A stretch of 62,153 bases of DNA from an uncultured Candidatus Saccharibacteria bacterium. Its GTDB lineage: Bacteria; Patescibacteriota; Minisyncoccia; Phycocordibacterales; UBA12079. The translations under genes were made by a program, and so were the position numbers. The stretch is from the NCBI GenBank assembly GCA_964486155.1, contig CAZAKQ010000002.1, positions 1-62,153 of the forward strand. Reading direction: 5' to 3'. The notes beneath the pieces were generated by a model. The model saw only the letters and a program-made list of their open reading frames with translations. It searched no databases and was not told the DNA's origin. The first letter of the stretch is position 1. Every line of letters starts with the position of its first letter. Positions 1 through 10,532 of the stretch are shown piece by piece.

Positions 1-140
1 TTTTTTATTTTTGTCATAATATTAATTATATATTAAATACAAGAGTTTTCAACAAATAATTTGACATATTTTATATAATAAAGTATTATTTAAACAGTAA
101 AAAGTAAAAAATTTCTAAATTTAATAAAAAGGAGTAAGGT

Positions 141-434
141 ATGGATTCCAGATATGAAAAAGAAATACCTAAAGATCATTTAATATTGCAAATAGAACTT
201 ATCGATCAACAAGAATCTTTAAATCATTTACGAAAACAAATAAAAGAAAGCTCTAACCTCAATCAAAAAATCCAAAAAGCATTAAAATTATTAAACGAAA
301 CTCCTAGTTTATCTGATGCTCTTTTCGTCTTATCTTTACAACTAGACAATGAAGAACTCAAAAAAAGATGTTCCGAAAAAATTAAAATTTTAAAAAGAAG
401 AAAGGAAAATCATATAAATGATTTACTTCCTTAA
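141..434 (+). CDS. hypothetical coiled-coil protein
   Basis: 97-aa ORF preceded by a GGAG Shine-Dalgarno (aaaaggagtaaggtATG). K/E/L-rich sequence. Hairpin terminator follows. Confidence 0.5.
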   Translation: MDSRYEKEIPKDHLILQIELIDQQESLNHLRKQIKESSNLNQKIQKALKLLNETPSLSDALFVLSLQLDNEELKKRCSEKIKILKRRKENHINDLLP

Positions 435-438
435 CGAC

Positions 439-485
439 ATCCTCTGAAATTTAAACCAAGCTTCAGAGGATTTGTTAATTTTTAT
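439..485 (+). terminator. rho-independent terminator
   Basis: Stem atcctctgaa / ttcagaggat (439-448 / 462-471) followed by a T-rich tract. Confidence 0.55.
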
Positions 486-511
486 TGCCTTCCTTTCAGA
501 TAAATCATATA

Positions 512-2038
512 ATGAATCATATGAAAACTGTTCAAGATTTGATTTCATTTATGGAATCTCCCACAGAAGAAAACAAAAAAATAATTGAAAAAGCATTTAG
601 GTTTGCTGTAAATGCCCATTCTGGACAAAGAAGAAAATCTGGCGAGCCCTATTTTAATCATGTTTACGAAACAGGAAAGATATTAGCTAAATTAGGCATG
701 GGAGCTACAGTTATCTCTGCGGGACTTTTACATGATGTAGTAGAAGATGGAGTAGCAACCAACGAAGAACTAAAAAAAGAATTCAATGAAGATATAGCTT
801 TTCTTGTTGAAGGAGTTACTAAATTAGGAAAAATTAGATTTCAAGGTTTAAAAAGACATACTGAAAGTCTTAGAAAATTATTTATGGCTTCTTCCGAAGA
901 TCTAAGAGTCTTAATAATAAAATTTGCTGACCGGTTACATAATATGAAAACTCTTCAATACATTCCTGAAGAAAAAAAACTTCGAATAGCAACAGAAACC
1001 CTTGAACTATTTGCTCCATTAGCCTATCGTTTAGGAATTGGAGTTTTAAATCGTCAATTAGAAGATCTTTCTTTCCCTTATGTTTATCCAAAAGAATATA
1101 AAAAAGTAGAAGAAATAATGAAAGAAGAATCTAAAGACTCTATTATTTCTCTTAAAAAAATAGACCGCTCTATTAAAAAACGTTTAGCAAAAGAAGGGAT
1201 AACTAATATTCAAACCTTTAGTAGAATAAAAGGGATGTATAGTCTTTTTAGAAAATTAGAAAGAAAACATTGGGATATAGACAAAATTTATGATATAGCT
1301 GCTTTAAGAATTATAGTTCCGACAAAAGATGATTGTTATAAAGTATTAGGAATTATCCACGCTTTTCGACGACCTATGCCAGGTAGAATTAAAGATTATA
1401 TTGCATTTCCTAAACCAAACGGATATCAAAGTTTACATACAACTGTATTTACTAGATTTGGAAATGTAGTAGAAATTCAATTAAGAACCGCCGAAATGCA
1501 TAAAGAAGCAGAGTATGGGATAGCTTCACATTTATCTTATAAAAATAAGATCAACTTTGAAAACAAAGAAAATCTTAATGTTTGGATGAAAAAATTATTA
1601 CCAAACATAAATAAAATAGATAACTCAAATAAAGACAAAAAAATATATCATTCAGGAGATGTTCCTCAATGGATAAAAAAATTAGCCAACCAATCTGAAG
1701 AAACAGAATCAAAAGAATTTATAGAAGGGTTAAAGAAAGATTTTTTTGAACATAGAGTTTTTGTATTTACTCCCAAAGGAGATGTAATAGATTTACCTAT
1801 TAATTCTAGTCCTGTTGATTTCGCTTTTGCTATTCACTCAGATATTGGGAATTATATGAACGGTGCTAAAGTACACGGTAAATTAGTTTCTCTAAACACT
1901 AAATTAAAAAACGGAGATATAGTAGAAATAACTACTACAAAAAAAATTGCGCCTACTAAAAAATGGCTTGATTTAGCCAAAACCTCTGAAGCTAAAAGAC
2001 ATATTAAAACAACATTAAGAAAAAATAATATAATTTAA
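512..2038 (+). CDS. rel: bifunctional (p)ppGpp synthetase/hydrolase, RelA/SpoT homolog (long RSH)
   Basis: HD hydrolase motif (AGLLHDVVEDG), RelA/SpoT synthetase region (YQSLHTTV..EIQLRT) and a TGS-like segment (VFVFTPKGDVIDLP..GDIVEI). The ORF track opens at TTG 485; the first ATG is 512. Confidence 0.9.
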   Translation: MNHMKTVQDLISFMESPTEENKKIIEKAFRFAVNAHSGQRRKSGEPYFNHVYETGKILAKLGMGATVISAGLLHDVVEDGVATNEELKKEFNEDIAFLVEGVTKLGKIRFQGLKRHTESLRKLFMASSEDLRVLIIKFADRLHNMKTLQYIPEEKKLRIATETLELFAPLAYRLGIGVLNRQLEDLSFPYVYPKEYKKVEEIMKEESKDSIISLKKIDRSIKKRLAKEGITNIQTFSRIKGMYSLFRKLERKHWDIDKIYDIAALRIIVPTKDDCYKVLGIIHAFRRPMPGRIKDYIAFPKPNGYQSLHTTVFTRFGNVVEIQLRTAEMHKEAEYGIASHLSYKNKINFENKENLNVWMKKLLPNINKIDNSNKDKKIYHSGDVPQWIKKLANQSEETESKEFIEGLKKDFFEHRVFVFTPKGDVIDLPINSSPVDFAFAIHSDIGNYMNGAKVHGKLVSLNTKLKNGDIVEITTTKKIAPTKKWLDLAKTSEAKRHIKTTLRKNNII

Positions 2039-2050
2039 GTATTTTCTTTT

Positions 2051-5000
2051 TTAACTCATATATCTTAAATATAAAATAGGAATTAAAATCAAAGTTATTA
2101 TAGTAGCAAAAGATAGTCCAAAAATAATAGAAAAAGCTAAAGGAGCCCACATAGTAGAAGCAAAAATTAAAGGAACCATACCTATAACCGTTGTTAAAGT
2201 AGTTAACAACACAGGCCTTAAACGAAGAGCAGACGATTCTAATACTATTTCTCTCAACGAAAGATCTCTTCGTTCTTTTTTCATATTATTCATAGTATCT
2301 ATTAAAATTATTTCGTTATTTACTACAATTCCTGCTAAAGCTATTACACCAATAAAAGAGGGAAAAGAAAAAGCGTTACCTGTTAAAGTCAATCCGAACA
2401 ATACACCAATTAGAGATAATAATACTCCTGCAATAATAAAAGAAGTCTGTTTAAATGAATCAAATTGCAAAACTAAAACAACAATTACAAAAATCATTCC
2501 AGCAATTAAAGCCAACAACATCTCTGTAAATGTTTTGGCTATATCCTCATTTTCCCCTCCTGTTTTTAAAATTATACCTTCGGGGATAATAAAACTTCCA
2601 TCTTCAATTTTAGACATAAATTTTTTATTCACTTCTATTGCGTTAGCTCCGTCTTTTAATTGACTAGAAACAACCGCTATTCTTTCTCCTTCTTCATGAC
2701 GAATTGAAGAATTATTTTTCTTTATAGAAACATCAATTAACGAACCTAACAAGATTGTTCCTGTCTGGGTCTTTATTTCCATTTGTCTAATAGAATCAAT
2801 AGTCGTTCTAGAAGTTAAATTAGGATCTATGTTTTCAGAATTTAAATTTAACTTAACCAAAACATCTATATCTTCTCCTTTTGTTTTAATAGTAGTCGCA
2901 TCAATTCCATAGATTGCAGTTCTTAAAATTTGAGCAATTTTAACTGGGGATAAATTATTTTCAGATAATTTGGCTCTATCAATTTTTAATTCAAACTCTA
3001 TTACAGAATCATTCATACTATTAGAAATATTTGTACTTCCTTTAATATCTTTTAAAATATCCTCTGCATCAATTACGACTTTCTCTAAATCTTGCAAATT
3101 CTCTCCAAAGAATTTTATTAAAATAGGTGCTTCTGAAGGAGGTCCCTCACTCGGCTGAGCTACAGTAACCTTAGCTGTATTAATTTCAGTTAATTCTTTT
3201 CTTAAAATCTCTACTAATTCCCAACTTGGTTTTTTTCTATCATCCTTGAGCAACACTGTAATATTTCCTAATTTTTCTCCTGAGCTAGATCCTGTTCCGC
3301 TAAATGCATTTGAAGATCCCACTGCCGTTGCAAAAGATTCAATATAGGGTTGTGAATACAAAATCTCTTCAACAATTCGAACCACCATATCAGTCTCGGC
3401 TAAAATAGTACCTTGATTCATCTCTATTTCAACATAAATAAAATCTAAATCTTCAGGTACAAATAAAGTAGTTTTTAATAATCCAGAAATAGGTAAAATA
3501 AAAGAGATTACCAAAAAAAATCCCATAGACCATAAAAATCTTTTCTGAAATTTTCTATTATTTAAAAGATGCTCCAATTTATTTCTATACCATTTTTGTA
3601 AATAAAAAGTATATTCAGTTTGTTTTTTAAATAAAAGATTATTCCTTGTATTTCCATTTTGTTTTAAAACAGACAAGGCAATTAAAGGAACTATCCCCAA
3701 GGCAACAAAAAGAGAAGCACATAAAATAAAAATAAGAGTATAAGGAATCCCTTTAATAAACTCTCCCATAATACCTGACAAGAAAAATAATGGGAAAAAA
3801 GCAGCGATAGTTGTCATAGTCCCAGAAGTTAAAGGTATATAGAATTCTTTTATTGTTTTAATAGCAGATTTCTTACCGTCCATTCCTTTTTTTATTTTAG
3901 TATGCATAGCCTCTGTTACAACAATTGCTGAATCAACCAAAATTCCTACCGCTAAAATTAAAGCAAATAATGATATAAAATTGATAGTATTACCAGTAGA
4001 ATATAAACCTACAAAAGCAATCAGAAATGAAAAAGGAATAGCTAATCCTGCAATTAATGCCTCTCGCCAACCAATAGTTAAATATAAAATTGAAATTACT
4101 AACAATATAGTTACTAAACCAGATGTAGATAAATTTCTCAAATCCTTATTTAAATATTCAGCTAAATCAATAGAGAATAGAACTTCTGCGCCATCAAGGA
4201 TTCCTCCTTCTTGCATTTCTTTTAATTCTTTTTTTACATTTTTTACTATTTTAGAAATATCTCCTCCTCTTTTCTTAAAAATGGAAAGAGAAACCGCTTG
4301 TTGAGACGGACTTCCATTTACACTTACTCTTGAAAAAGAAGTTCTTTGGCTAATTCCATCTGAAACAAAAGCCAAATCTCTAATATAAACTACCTCTCCT
4401 CCAATATTTAATACCGGAATATTTTTTATTTCTTCAGGATCAATAATATCTCCTTTAAATTTTAAAGGATATTTAATACCGTTTATTTCTATATCTCCAA
4501 TTGGCAGTGAAGAATTTGATTGTGAAATAGCTCTTGATAAATCAGAAATTTCTAAATTAAATTTAGACAAAGCAGATTGATCAACAATAACTTGAATCTC
4601 TCTTTCTGAAATCCCACTAGTAATTATCTTAGAAACACCGTTAATTGATTTTAAAGAATCTTCTACTTCTTCTGATAATTTTATAAATTCAGTTATGGGT
4701 AAATCGCTAGTTATAGATAACATTAAAATAGGTTGGTCAGCAAAATTAATATCTGAAACTATAGGATCTTCAGCTTCATCAGGTAACTCTGATTTAATTT
4801 TATCTATTTCATCTTTAACTTTTTGAATAGATTCTTGTATGTTAGCATCAGCATTAAATTCAGCGACTACAGAAGAAAAACCTTCACCCGAAGTAGAAGT
4901 TATTTTATTTAAAGTATCTAAATTATTTATTAATTGATTTTCAATCTTATTAGTAATCAATTTTTCAGTATCAGTAGCGAAAGCTCCTGGTAAATATGTA

Positions 5001-5146
5001 GAAATAATAGCTAGAGGAATTTGTATTTCTGGAGCTGATTCTTTAGTTATACTTATCAAAGAAAAAATACCCGACACAATCAGAGAAATTATCAAAAGAA
5101 TAGTGAAACTCTTTTTCTTTATAAAAAATATCCAAAAATTTTGCAT
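2051..5146 (-). CDS. RND-family efflux permease (AcrB/HAE-like)
   Basis: 1031 aa with a 12-TM-like architecture and two large extracytoplasmic loops. Typical AcrB-family N terminus, and an adaptor gene lies directly upstream. Confidence 0.85.
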   Translation of the reverse strand: MQNFWIFFIKKKSFTILLIISLIVSGIFSLISITKESAPEIQIPLAIISTYLPGAFATDTEKLITNKIENQLINNLDTLNKITSTSGEGFSSVVAEFNADANIQESIQKVKDEIDKIKSELPDEAEDPIVSDINFADQPILMLSITSDLPITEFIKLSEEVEDSLKSINGVSKIITSGISEREIQVIVDQSALSKFNLEISDLSRAISQSNSSLPIGDIEINGIKYPLKFKGDIIDPEEIKNIPVLNIGGEVVYIRDLAFVSDGISQRTSFSRVSVNGSPSQQAVSLSIFKKRGGDISKIVKNVKKELKEMQEGGILDGAEVLFSIDLAEYLNKDLRNLSTSGLVTILLVISILYLTIGWREALIAGLAIPFSFLIAFVGLYSTGNTINFISLFALILAVGILVDSAIVVTEAMHTKIKKGMDGKKSAIKTIKEFYIPLTSGTMTTIAAFFPLFFLSGIMGEFIKGIPYTLIFILCASLFVALGIVPLIALSVLKQNGNTRNNLLFKKQTEYTFYLQKWYRNKLEHLLNNRKFQKRFLWSMGFFLVISFILPISGLLKTTLFVPEDLDFIYVEIEMNQGTILAETDMVVRIVEEILYSQPYIESFATAVGSSNAFSGTGSSSGEKLGNITVLLKDDRKKPSWELVEILRKELTEINTAKVTVAQPSEGPPSEAPILIKFFGENLQDLEKVVIDAEDILKDIKGSTNISNSMNDSVIEFELKIDRAKLSENNLSPVKIAQILRTAIYGIDATTIKTKGEDIDVLVKLNLNSENIDPNLTSRTTIDSIRQMEIKTQTGTILLGSLIDVSIKKNNSSIRHEEGERIAVVSSQLKDGANAIEVNKKFMSKIEDGSFIIPEGIILKTGGENEDIAKTFTEMLLALIAGMIFVIVVLVLQFDSFKQTSFIIAGVLLSLIGVLFGLTLTGNAFSFPSFIGVIALAGIVVNNEIILIDTMNNMKKERRDLSLREIVLESSALRLRPVLLTTLTTVIGMVPLIFASTMWAPLAFSIIFGLSFATIITLILIPILYLRYMS

Positions 5147-5200
5147 GATAAGTTTATTTGAAAGTTTTAAATTTAAAAAAATTGCGGAGTATTTTTTATT

Positions 5201-6853
5201 TTATAAACTTTCAACTTTTTGCCCTTCTTTTAAACCTCTAGCATCAATCACTATTTCCATTTCAGCATTAACTCCTTCTTTTATAATTATTTTTTCTCCT
5301 AAAATTGGTCCTAAAATTATATGGTGAGAAACTAATTTGTCATCTTTATCTATAGTAAATACAACCACAGAATCTGTTCTAATTTTAATAGCTGAAATAG
5401 GAACAGAAAATTCTGATAATTCCTCATTTTCTTCTGATAAAACTCTTTCAACTAACAAAGATGTTGATTGACCATTAGTTAAAATTGTATTTTTATCATC
5501 TACTGCAATTTCTATTTTAATTTTCTTAGTTTTTGAATCCAATGCAGGAGCAATGTTTTTTACATAACCTTTCCATTTCTTATTAATTAGAACTTCAGAA
5601 CCATTTTTAATACTTTCTCTATCTTTCTCAGTAATATAAGATACAATTTCTAATTGATTATTATTAGCTACAATCAACACAGGAGCAAATGATGAAACAA
5701 AATCTCCTTTTTCTAAATTTAAAGAATTAATAGTACCACTTATAGGAGCTCGTATAATAGTTTTTTCATAAGCAGCCTTGGCTAAATCTAGCCCTGCTTT
5801 TGCTTGTTTTAATTGAGCTTCAGCACTAATTATATCTTCTGTTCTTTCGCCTATTAAAATTTGATCATAATTTAATTGGGCTATTTCTTTTGCAGAAACA
5901 ACAGAATTCAAACTATTTATAGCAGAAGAAATTGTTGAAGCGGTTAAATTTATAGATGAACGACTTACACTAATATTAGATTTCCAAGTATTAATAGTAG
6001 TTTCTGATAAATTAGAATTTGGAGATAAAACATTTACCGCCAAAGCTACTTGATCTAAAAATTTTCTAATTTGATTGATATTTTTCTTAGCTAATTCTAA
6101 AGCTTCAATTAAATTACCATCTACATCCAATGAAAACAAAAAACTCTCCCATTCCTCCAACATTTGTTCAATTAAAAATCTTTCCCATTCTATATCAATT
6201 TCTAATTGAGAGTCGTTCACAGAAAAAAGAACCTGAGGATTTGAGTCTCTAGGATCTCTGAACATAACATCTGTTTTATTTCTGACAGCATCATCAGCTT
6301 TTATATATGAATCATTTAATGTATTAATAATAGATACCTTAGTTTCATTTAATGAATTTTCACTATTATTTAAAGTTGCTTCTAAAATAGAAACTTGCTC
6401 ATCTCTAGCTCCTGTTTTGATTTTATTTAGAAAAGCAGCTGCAGATTCTACACTTGCCTCAGCTTGAATTAAAGAAGATCTTTGAGACCAATTATCTATT
6501 TCAGCAATTATTTGATTAGCCCAAACAAAATTCCCCTCTTTTTTATACAAAGCTATAATTTCTCCAGCACTCTGAGAATGAACTACAGCAGATGATTGAG
6601 ATTGAACTTTCCCTAACAAAGGTAAAAAAGTATTATCTAGAGTTAAGTCTCTAACAGTCATTGTTTTTACTTGTCTAATATTTTGAACAATTTTATCTTC
6701 TTCATTATTAATATTTTTTATAATAAATTGTTGGTAAATTACAAAAACCAGAATAAAGAAAATAACAGCTATTAAAATTTGCTGGTTTCTCTTCAGAGTT
6801 TTTATTTTTTGAATCCTATTTTGAACAGAATTTAAACTTAATATTTCTTTCAT
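5201..6853 (-). CDS. HlyD-family membrane-fusion (periplasmic adaptor) protein
   Basis: N-terminal TM, long coiled-coil region and a C-terminal beta-barrel-like region (IIRAPISGTINSLNLEKGDFV). Operon position upstream of the RND pump. Confidence 0.75.
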   Translation of the reverse strand: MKEILSLNSVQNRIQKIKTLKRNQQILIAVIFFILVFVIYQQFIIKNINNEEDKIVQNIRQVKTMTVRDLTLDNTFLPLLGKVQSQSSAVVHSQSAGEIIALYKKEGNFVWANQIIAEIDNWSQRSSLIQAEASVESAAAFLNKIKTGARDEQVSILEATLNNSENSLNETKVSIINTLNDSYIKADDAVRNKTDVMFRDPRDSNPQVLFSVNDSQLEIDIEWERFLIEQMLEEWESFLFSLDVDGNLIEALELAKKNINQIRKFLDQVALAVNVLSPNSNLSETTINTWKSNISVSRSSINLTASTISSAINSLNSVVSAKEIAQLNYDQILIGERTEDIISAEAQLKQAKAGLDLAKAAYEKTIIRAPISGTINSLNLEKGDFVSSFAPVLIVANNNQLEIVSYITEKDRESIKNGSEVLINKKWKGYVKNIAPALDSKTKKIKIEIAVDDKNTILTNGQSTSLLVERVLSEENEELSEFSVPISAIKIRTDSVVVFTIDKDDKLVSHHIILGPILGEKIIIKEGVNAEMEIVIDARGLKEGQKVESL

Positions 6854-6993
6854 AAATAGATTTTAAATTAATCTTTTAAAGATAATTTATCTTATAAAAT
6901 TAACTCCCTAAATATACCAAAAACAATCTTTAAATACAACGAAAAACAAAACCTGAAAAGCCAAGCTTTGAAGGTTTTGTTTTTTATTTTAAT

Positions 6994-7611
6994 TTAATTG
7001 TTTTCTTCTGTTTTTTTAAGTTCTACTTTTTGATACTCTTTAAACACTTTTTCTTTGTCTCTTTTTACTAGCTCCAATACCTTCTCTACTAATTTTTTAG
7101 GATCATCGTCAAATACAATTTTATCATTAGGACGATGAGCTTTTTCTAAAATAGTTTCTATAATTTCATCAGTTGCCCAATCCCCTCGTAGAATACCAAT
7201 GGGTTTATTGTCTTCAAAAGCAATAGTAAATTCGTGAATAGTTCCAACTCTACCAGCTGAAATAAACACCGCATCTACTGATTTAGTTAAAATTAAATCT
7301 CTTCCAGGATAACCAAAACCTGTATAAATAATTAAATCCATATACTCTAAAGGTAATTTATAGTGTTTTAAATGATCTTGTTCTGTATCTGCTGGAGAAA
7401 ATCCAATAGAAAAACCTCCTTCAGATTTAGCCCCTTTAGCTCCCCACAAAGGTAACCCTGTAGTTGCTCCCGTTACAATAATCCCCCCTTGTCTAGCTAT
7501 TTCTCTCCCTAATTCTTCTGTTTTTACAACAGCATCAGGAGTAAGATGAGTTGTTTCAGCAGCTCCCGAAACACATAATTTGGGTTTTAAAATAATTCCT
7601 TTTTCATCCAT
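6994..7611 (-). CDS. TIGR00725/LOG-like (SLOG Rossmann) family protein
   Basis: Motifs GGIIVTGATTG and ISAGRVGTIHEF are typical of the LOG/DprA-related Rossmann family. Confidence 0.65.
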   Translation of the reverse strand: MDEKGIILKPKLCVSGAAETTHLTPDAVVKTEELGREIARQGGIIVTGATTGLPLWGAKGAKSEGGFSIGFSPADTEQDHLKHYKLPLEYMDLIIYTGFGYPGRDLILTKSVDAVFISAGRVGTIHEFTIAFEDNKPIGILRGDWATDEIIETILEKAHRPNDKIVFDDDPKKLVEKVLELVKRDKEKVFKEYQKVELKKTEENN

Positions 7612-7881
7612 AATTATAAATAAGTTGAAAGTTTATAAAGTTAAAAGTTCTTTAAAAAATTTGCTCTGCAAATTTTTTACTTTATAAACTCTCTACTCAA
7701 TGATTAATTTTTAATTCTTACAATAATTTAGCTTTTCGATAAAGATCTTTTTGTAACTTATTTGATTCTGATACAGCATTTTTTATTATCTTTTTTTGAT
7801 TTCTAGAAGAAATAGAAGACCAACAAAAAGCTTTGTTTTTCGTTTTTCCTCTATCAAATATTTTTTTTATTGTTCTTGTTA

Positions 7882-8616
7882 TCATTGTAATTTATTATTT
7901 AATTCTTCTCTATTATAATCATCTTTTATATAGAAATCAACATTTTGAATATTAGTATAATATTTTTCTGTATGATTTAAAAAGTTTTTTATAATTAAGT
8001 TAAGAACTATTTTTTCTTTATATTTCTCTTTTAACTTATTAACATTCTTTCTAGAATTAAAAAATTGTTGAACAAAACTATCTTTCAATATATTTCTACC
8101 TTCTAATTTTTCTCTCTTTTTTGTATAATCCCAAGCAATTAATGGGTCTTGATATAAATAGAATATCGTTGGTTCTATATCTCTATCTAAGCACCTTTTT
8201 ATATTTTTTTCTATAGTATTAAATTCTCCTCCCATAGTAACATCTAAAATAAATAGTGTTTTATTTTTAAAACAATAATCTAACAAAATTTCAATTCCTT
8301 TTGTAGTAGCTTTTTGCAAAAGATGAGCATTCCCACAAATATTCTTATTAAAATCTGTCGGTGTATAAAATTCTTTTAAAAAATCAGTTCGAATTAAATC
8401 AGCATCAATATGTAAAGGTTTAATTATCTTTTCAGCTTCAGTAATTTTTAACTTTTTTACAAATTCTGTCTTACCAGCTCCTGGAGATCCAGCCATAAAA
8501 AAATTGGTTTTGGTTTTAAAATTATAAATTTCAGGTTTTACAAAGAAGTCAATAAGTAACTTTCTGTTCTTTTTTATATAAAAAAATGATTCTTGTTGTA
8601 TTTTATTTTCATTCAT
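7882..8616 (-). CDS. zeta-toxin-like P-loop kinase (AAA family)
   Basis: Walker A GSPGAGKTEF. Size and layout resemble zeta toxin/UNAG-kinase-like proteins. Ends in TGA TAA. Confidence 0.55.
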   Translation of the reverse strand: MNENKIQQESFFYIKKNRKLLIDFFVKPEIYNFKTKTNFFMAGSPGAGKTEFVKKLKITEAEKIIKPLHIDADLIRTDFLKEFYTPTDFNKNICGNAHLLQKATTKGIEILLDYCFKNKTLFILDVTMGGEFNTIEKNIKRCLDRDIEPTIFYLYQDPLIAWDYTKKREKLEGRNILKDSFVQQFFNSRKNVNKLKEKYKEKIVLNLIIKNFLNHTEKYYTNIQNVDFYIKDDYNREELNNKLQ

Positions 8617-8647
8617 ATTTACATTTTAATTTAATGTTAACTTTCAA

Positions 8648-9076
8648 TTAATTCTTAGTTTCTACAACTCGTAAAGTATCTGTTTTTTTCAAAACAAAAA
8701 TATAAGCAACCCCCCAACCTATCATATCCACAATCAAATCCAAAATTGTATCGAACAAGTAATTTGGTTTTAAAGGAAAAGCAAATACTAACTCATATAA
8801 CTCCCAAATAAGTCCAACGCCCAAAACAAAAATAAGAGAAATTAAAAAAATAGAATACTTTTGATTTATTTTACTCAATTTATCTTTAATATCAGATAAC
8901 ATAAAAACATAATAACTCAACAAAGCTACCCAAAATCCTCCTAAAAAATGCATAATTATATCAAACCACCAAAATCTCCAATACAAAAAATGATGCAAAG
9001 CGATAAAATCGCAAATTAATATAAACCAAATCAAGACTAATAAAATCCATAGAAATTTTCTTTTTAAATTTAACAT
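8648..9076 (-). CDS. hypothetical multi-pass membrane protein
   Basis: 142 aa with about four hydrophobic segments and no recognisable catalytic motif. Confidence 0.45.
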   Translation of the reverse strand: MLNLKRKFLWILLVLIWFILICDFIALHHFLYWRFWWFDIIMHFLGGFWVALLSYYVFMLSDIKDKLSKINQKYSIFLISLIFVLGVGLIWELYELVFAFPLKPNYLFDTILDLIVDMIGWGVAYIFVLKKTDTLRVVETKN

Positions 9077-9212
9077 AAAATAATTATAACAATTTAATAG
9101 ATTAACTGATAGTTTTTGCTACTTTTTAAAACAAATTTCAAACTTTTTCAACGGCTCAACCTGTTGAGCCGTTGAAAAAAGATAATAAAATTAGTATGAT
9201 TAATTACTATAC

Positions 9213-10460
9213 ATGAGAAAACTAAAAACAAAATTCTATAATTTCCTCCGCTGGTCCGAAAAATATACCAAAACTGATATGGTTTATTTATTTGAAGGTA
9301 GTTTTTGGATGGGATTAGAACATTTTGTTATTACTTTATTAGGTCTTATTACTGTAGTTATATTTGCCAATTTACTTTCCCCAGAGACTTATGGATCTTA
9401 TAAATACATATTATCCTTTATAGGAATATTAGCTATTCCTGCACTCCCAGGTATGAATACGGCAATTACACAATCTATTGCAAAAGGAAACGAAGGTTCA
9501 TTTATTCCATCTATAAAAATAAAAATTAAGTGGGGATTTTTAAGTACTTTTTTTGGTTTCTGTTTTGGAGTTTATTATTTTTTCAATCAAAATTATGAAC
9601 TAGCTATTTCTTTCACTTTAATTGGAGCCTTCATTCCTTTAATGGAAACTTTTGGACTTTATATCAATTATCTACAAGGTAAAAAAATATTCAGCCAATT
9701 AAGTCAATACAATGTTTATTCTTATTTAATTACTAGTTCAATTTTAATTATTACTGTTTTATTTACTAACAATCTATTTATTCTATTAACAGTGTATTTA
9801 TCCTCATGGACATTAGTCCGTTTACTATTTTTTAAAATAACTTTAAAAAAATTTCCACCTAATAAAAATAAAGATCAAAATATAATAAATTACAGTAAAC
9901 ACTTAAGTTTAATGCGATTAATATCTACTTTATCTTTGTCTTTAGATAAAATTCTTTTATGGCATTTCTTAGGAGCAGCTCAAGTAGCTACTTATATTCT
10001 AGCTTCAGTTATTCCTACTAACTTAAATGGATTAATAAGAATATTAAATCGTTTAGCTTTTCCTAAATTAGCTAAACAAAATATTTCTATAATTAAAAAA
10101 ACTCTTCTTCCTAAAATATTTAAACTATCTTTAATAGTGATAATAATTATTATATTATATATAATATTTGCACCTTTTATTTTTAAAATATTATTTCCTC
10201 AATACTTAAATGCAATCTTATATTCTCAAATACTAAGTTTAATTTTATTGATTCAACCGATAACACTTATTACCACAACCTTAACTGCCCATATAAAAAA
10301 GAAAGAGCTTTATTTACTTAACATCATTCCTCCTATATTCCAAATAATTCTTTTAATTATTTTAATTCCTTTTTTTGGAATACTAGGAGCAATTTTCTCA
10401 ACCTTAGGAGCTAAAATTACCAACTCTTTTTTATTAATTTATTTTTTAAAAAAGAGTTAA
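9213..10460 (+). CDS. oligosaccharide flippase (Wzx/MOP superfamily)
   Basis: 415 aa with 10 or more TM segments. Sits in a glycan-locus context. Confidence 0.7.
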   Translation: MRKLKTKFYNFLRWSEKYTKTDMVYLFEGSFWMGLEHFVITLLGLITVVIFANLLSPETYGSYKYILSFIGILAIPALPGMNTAITQSIAKGNEGSFIPSIKIKIKWGFLSTFFGFCFGVYYFFNQNYELAISFTLIGAFIPLMETFGLYINYLQGKKIFSQLSQYNVYSYLITSSILIITVLFTNNLFILLTVYLSSWTLVRLLFFKITLKKFPPNKNKDQNIINYSKHLSLMRLISTLSLSLDKILLWHFLGAAQVATYILASVIPTNLNGLIRILNRLAFPKLAKQNISIIKKTLLPKIFKLSLIVIIIIILYIIFAPFIFKILFPQYLNAILYSQILSLILLIQPITLITTTLTAHIKKKELYLLNIIPPIFQIILLIILIPFFGILGAIFSTLGAKITNSFLLIYFLKKS

Positions 10461-10532
10461 AATTTATTTATTGAATAAATCTATAATATTAGTTATTATT
10501 ACAATTATTAAAATTAATATTATTTCTAAATT

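Noticed and set aside
882-1091. Short antisense or overlapping ORFs listed in the track (882-1091, 2970-3158, 3981-4304, 5103-5327, 12115-12303, 22172-22375, 22328-22513, 26206-26418, 30245-30460, 35983-36201, 37170-37370, 37550-37738, 41600-41782, 44560-44742, 47900-48205, 52792-52998, 53775-54011, 57167-57352, 59946-60320, 60420-60671)
   Set aside because: Each lies inside, and mostly antisense to, a longer ORF with clear family motifs. They have low-complexity AT-driven amino-acid composition, as expected by chance in an AT-rich genome.
5200-7639. 18-nt inverted match aagttgaaagtttataaa (5200-5217 reverse strand, 7622-7639 forward) bracketing the HlyD-like and LOG-like genes
   Set aside because: It is a single short AT-rich match, and one arm is the last codons of the adaptor gene. 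Chance cannot be excluded in this base composition, and no other mobile-element hallmarks are present.
7612-7881. Epsilon-type antitoxin next to the zeta-like kinase
   Set aside because: Only frames of about 22-23 codons without an RBS are present, and they lie 3' of the kinase rather than upstream. No convincing partner ORF.
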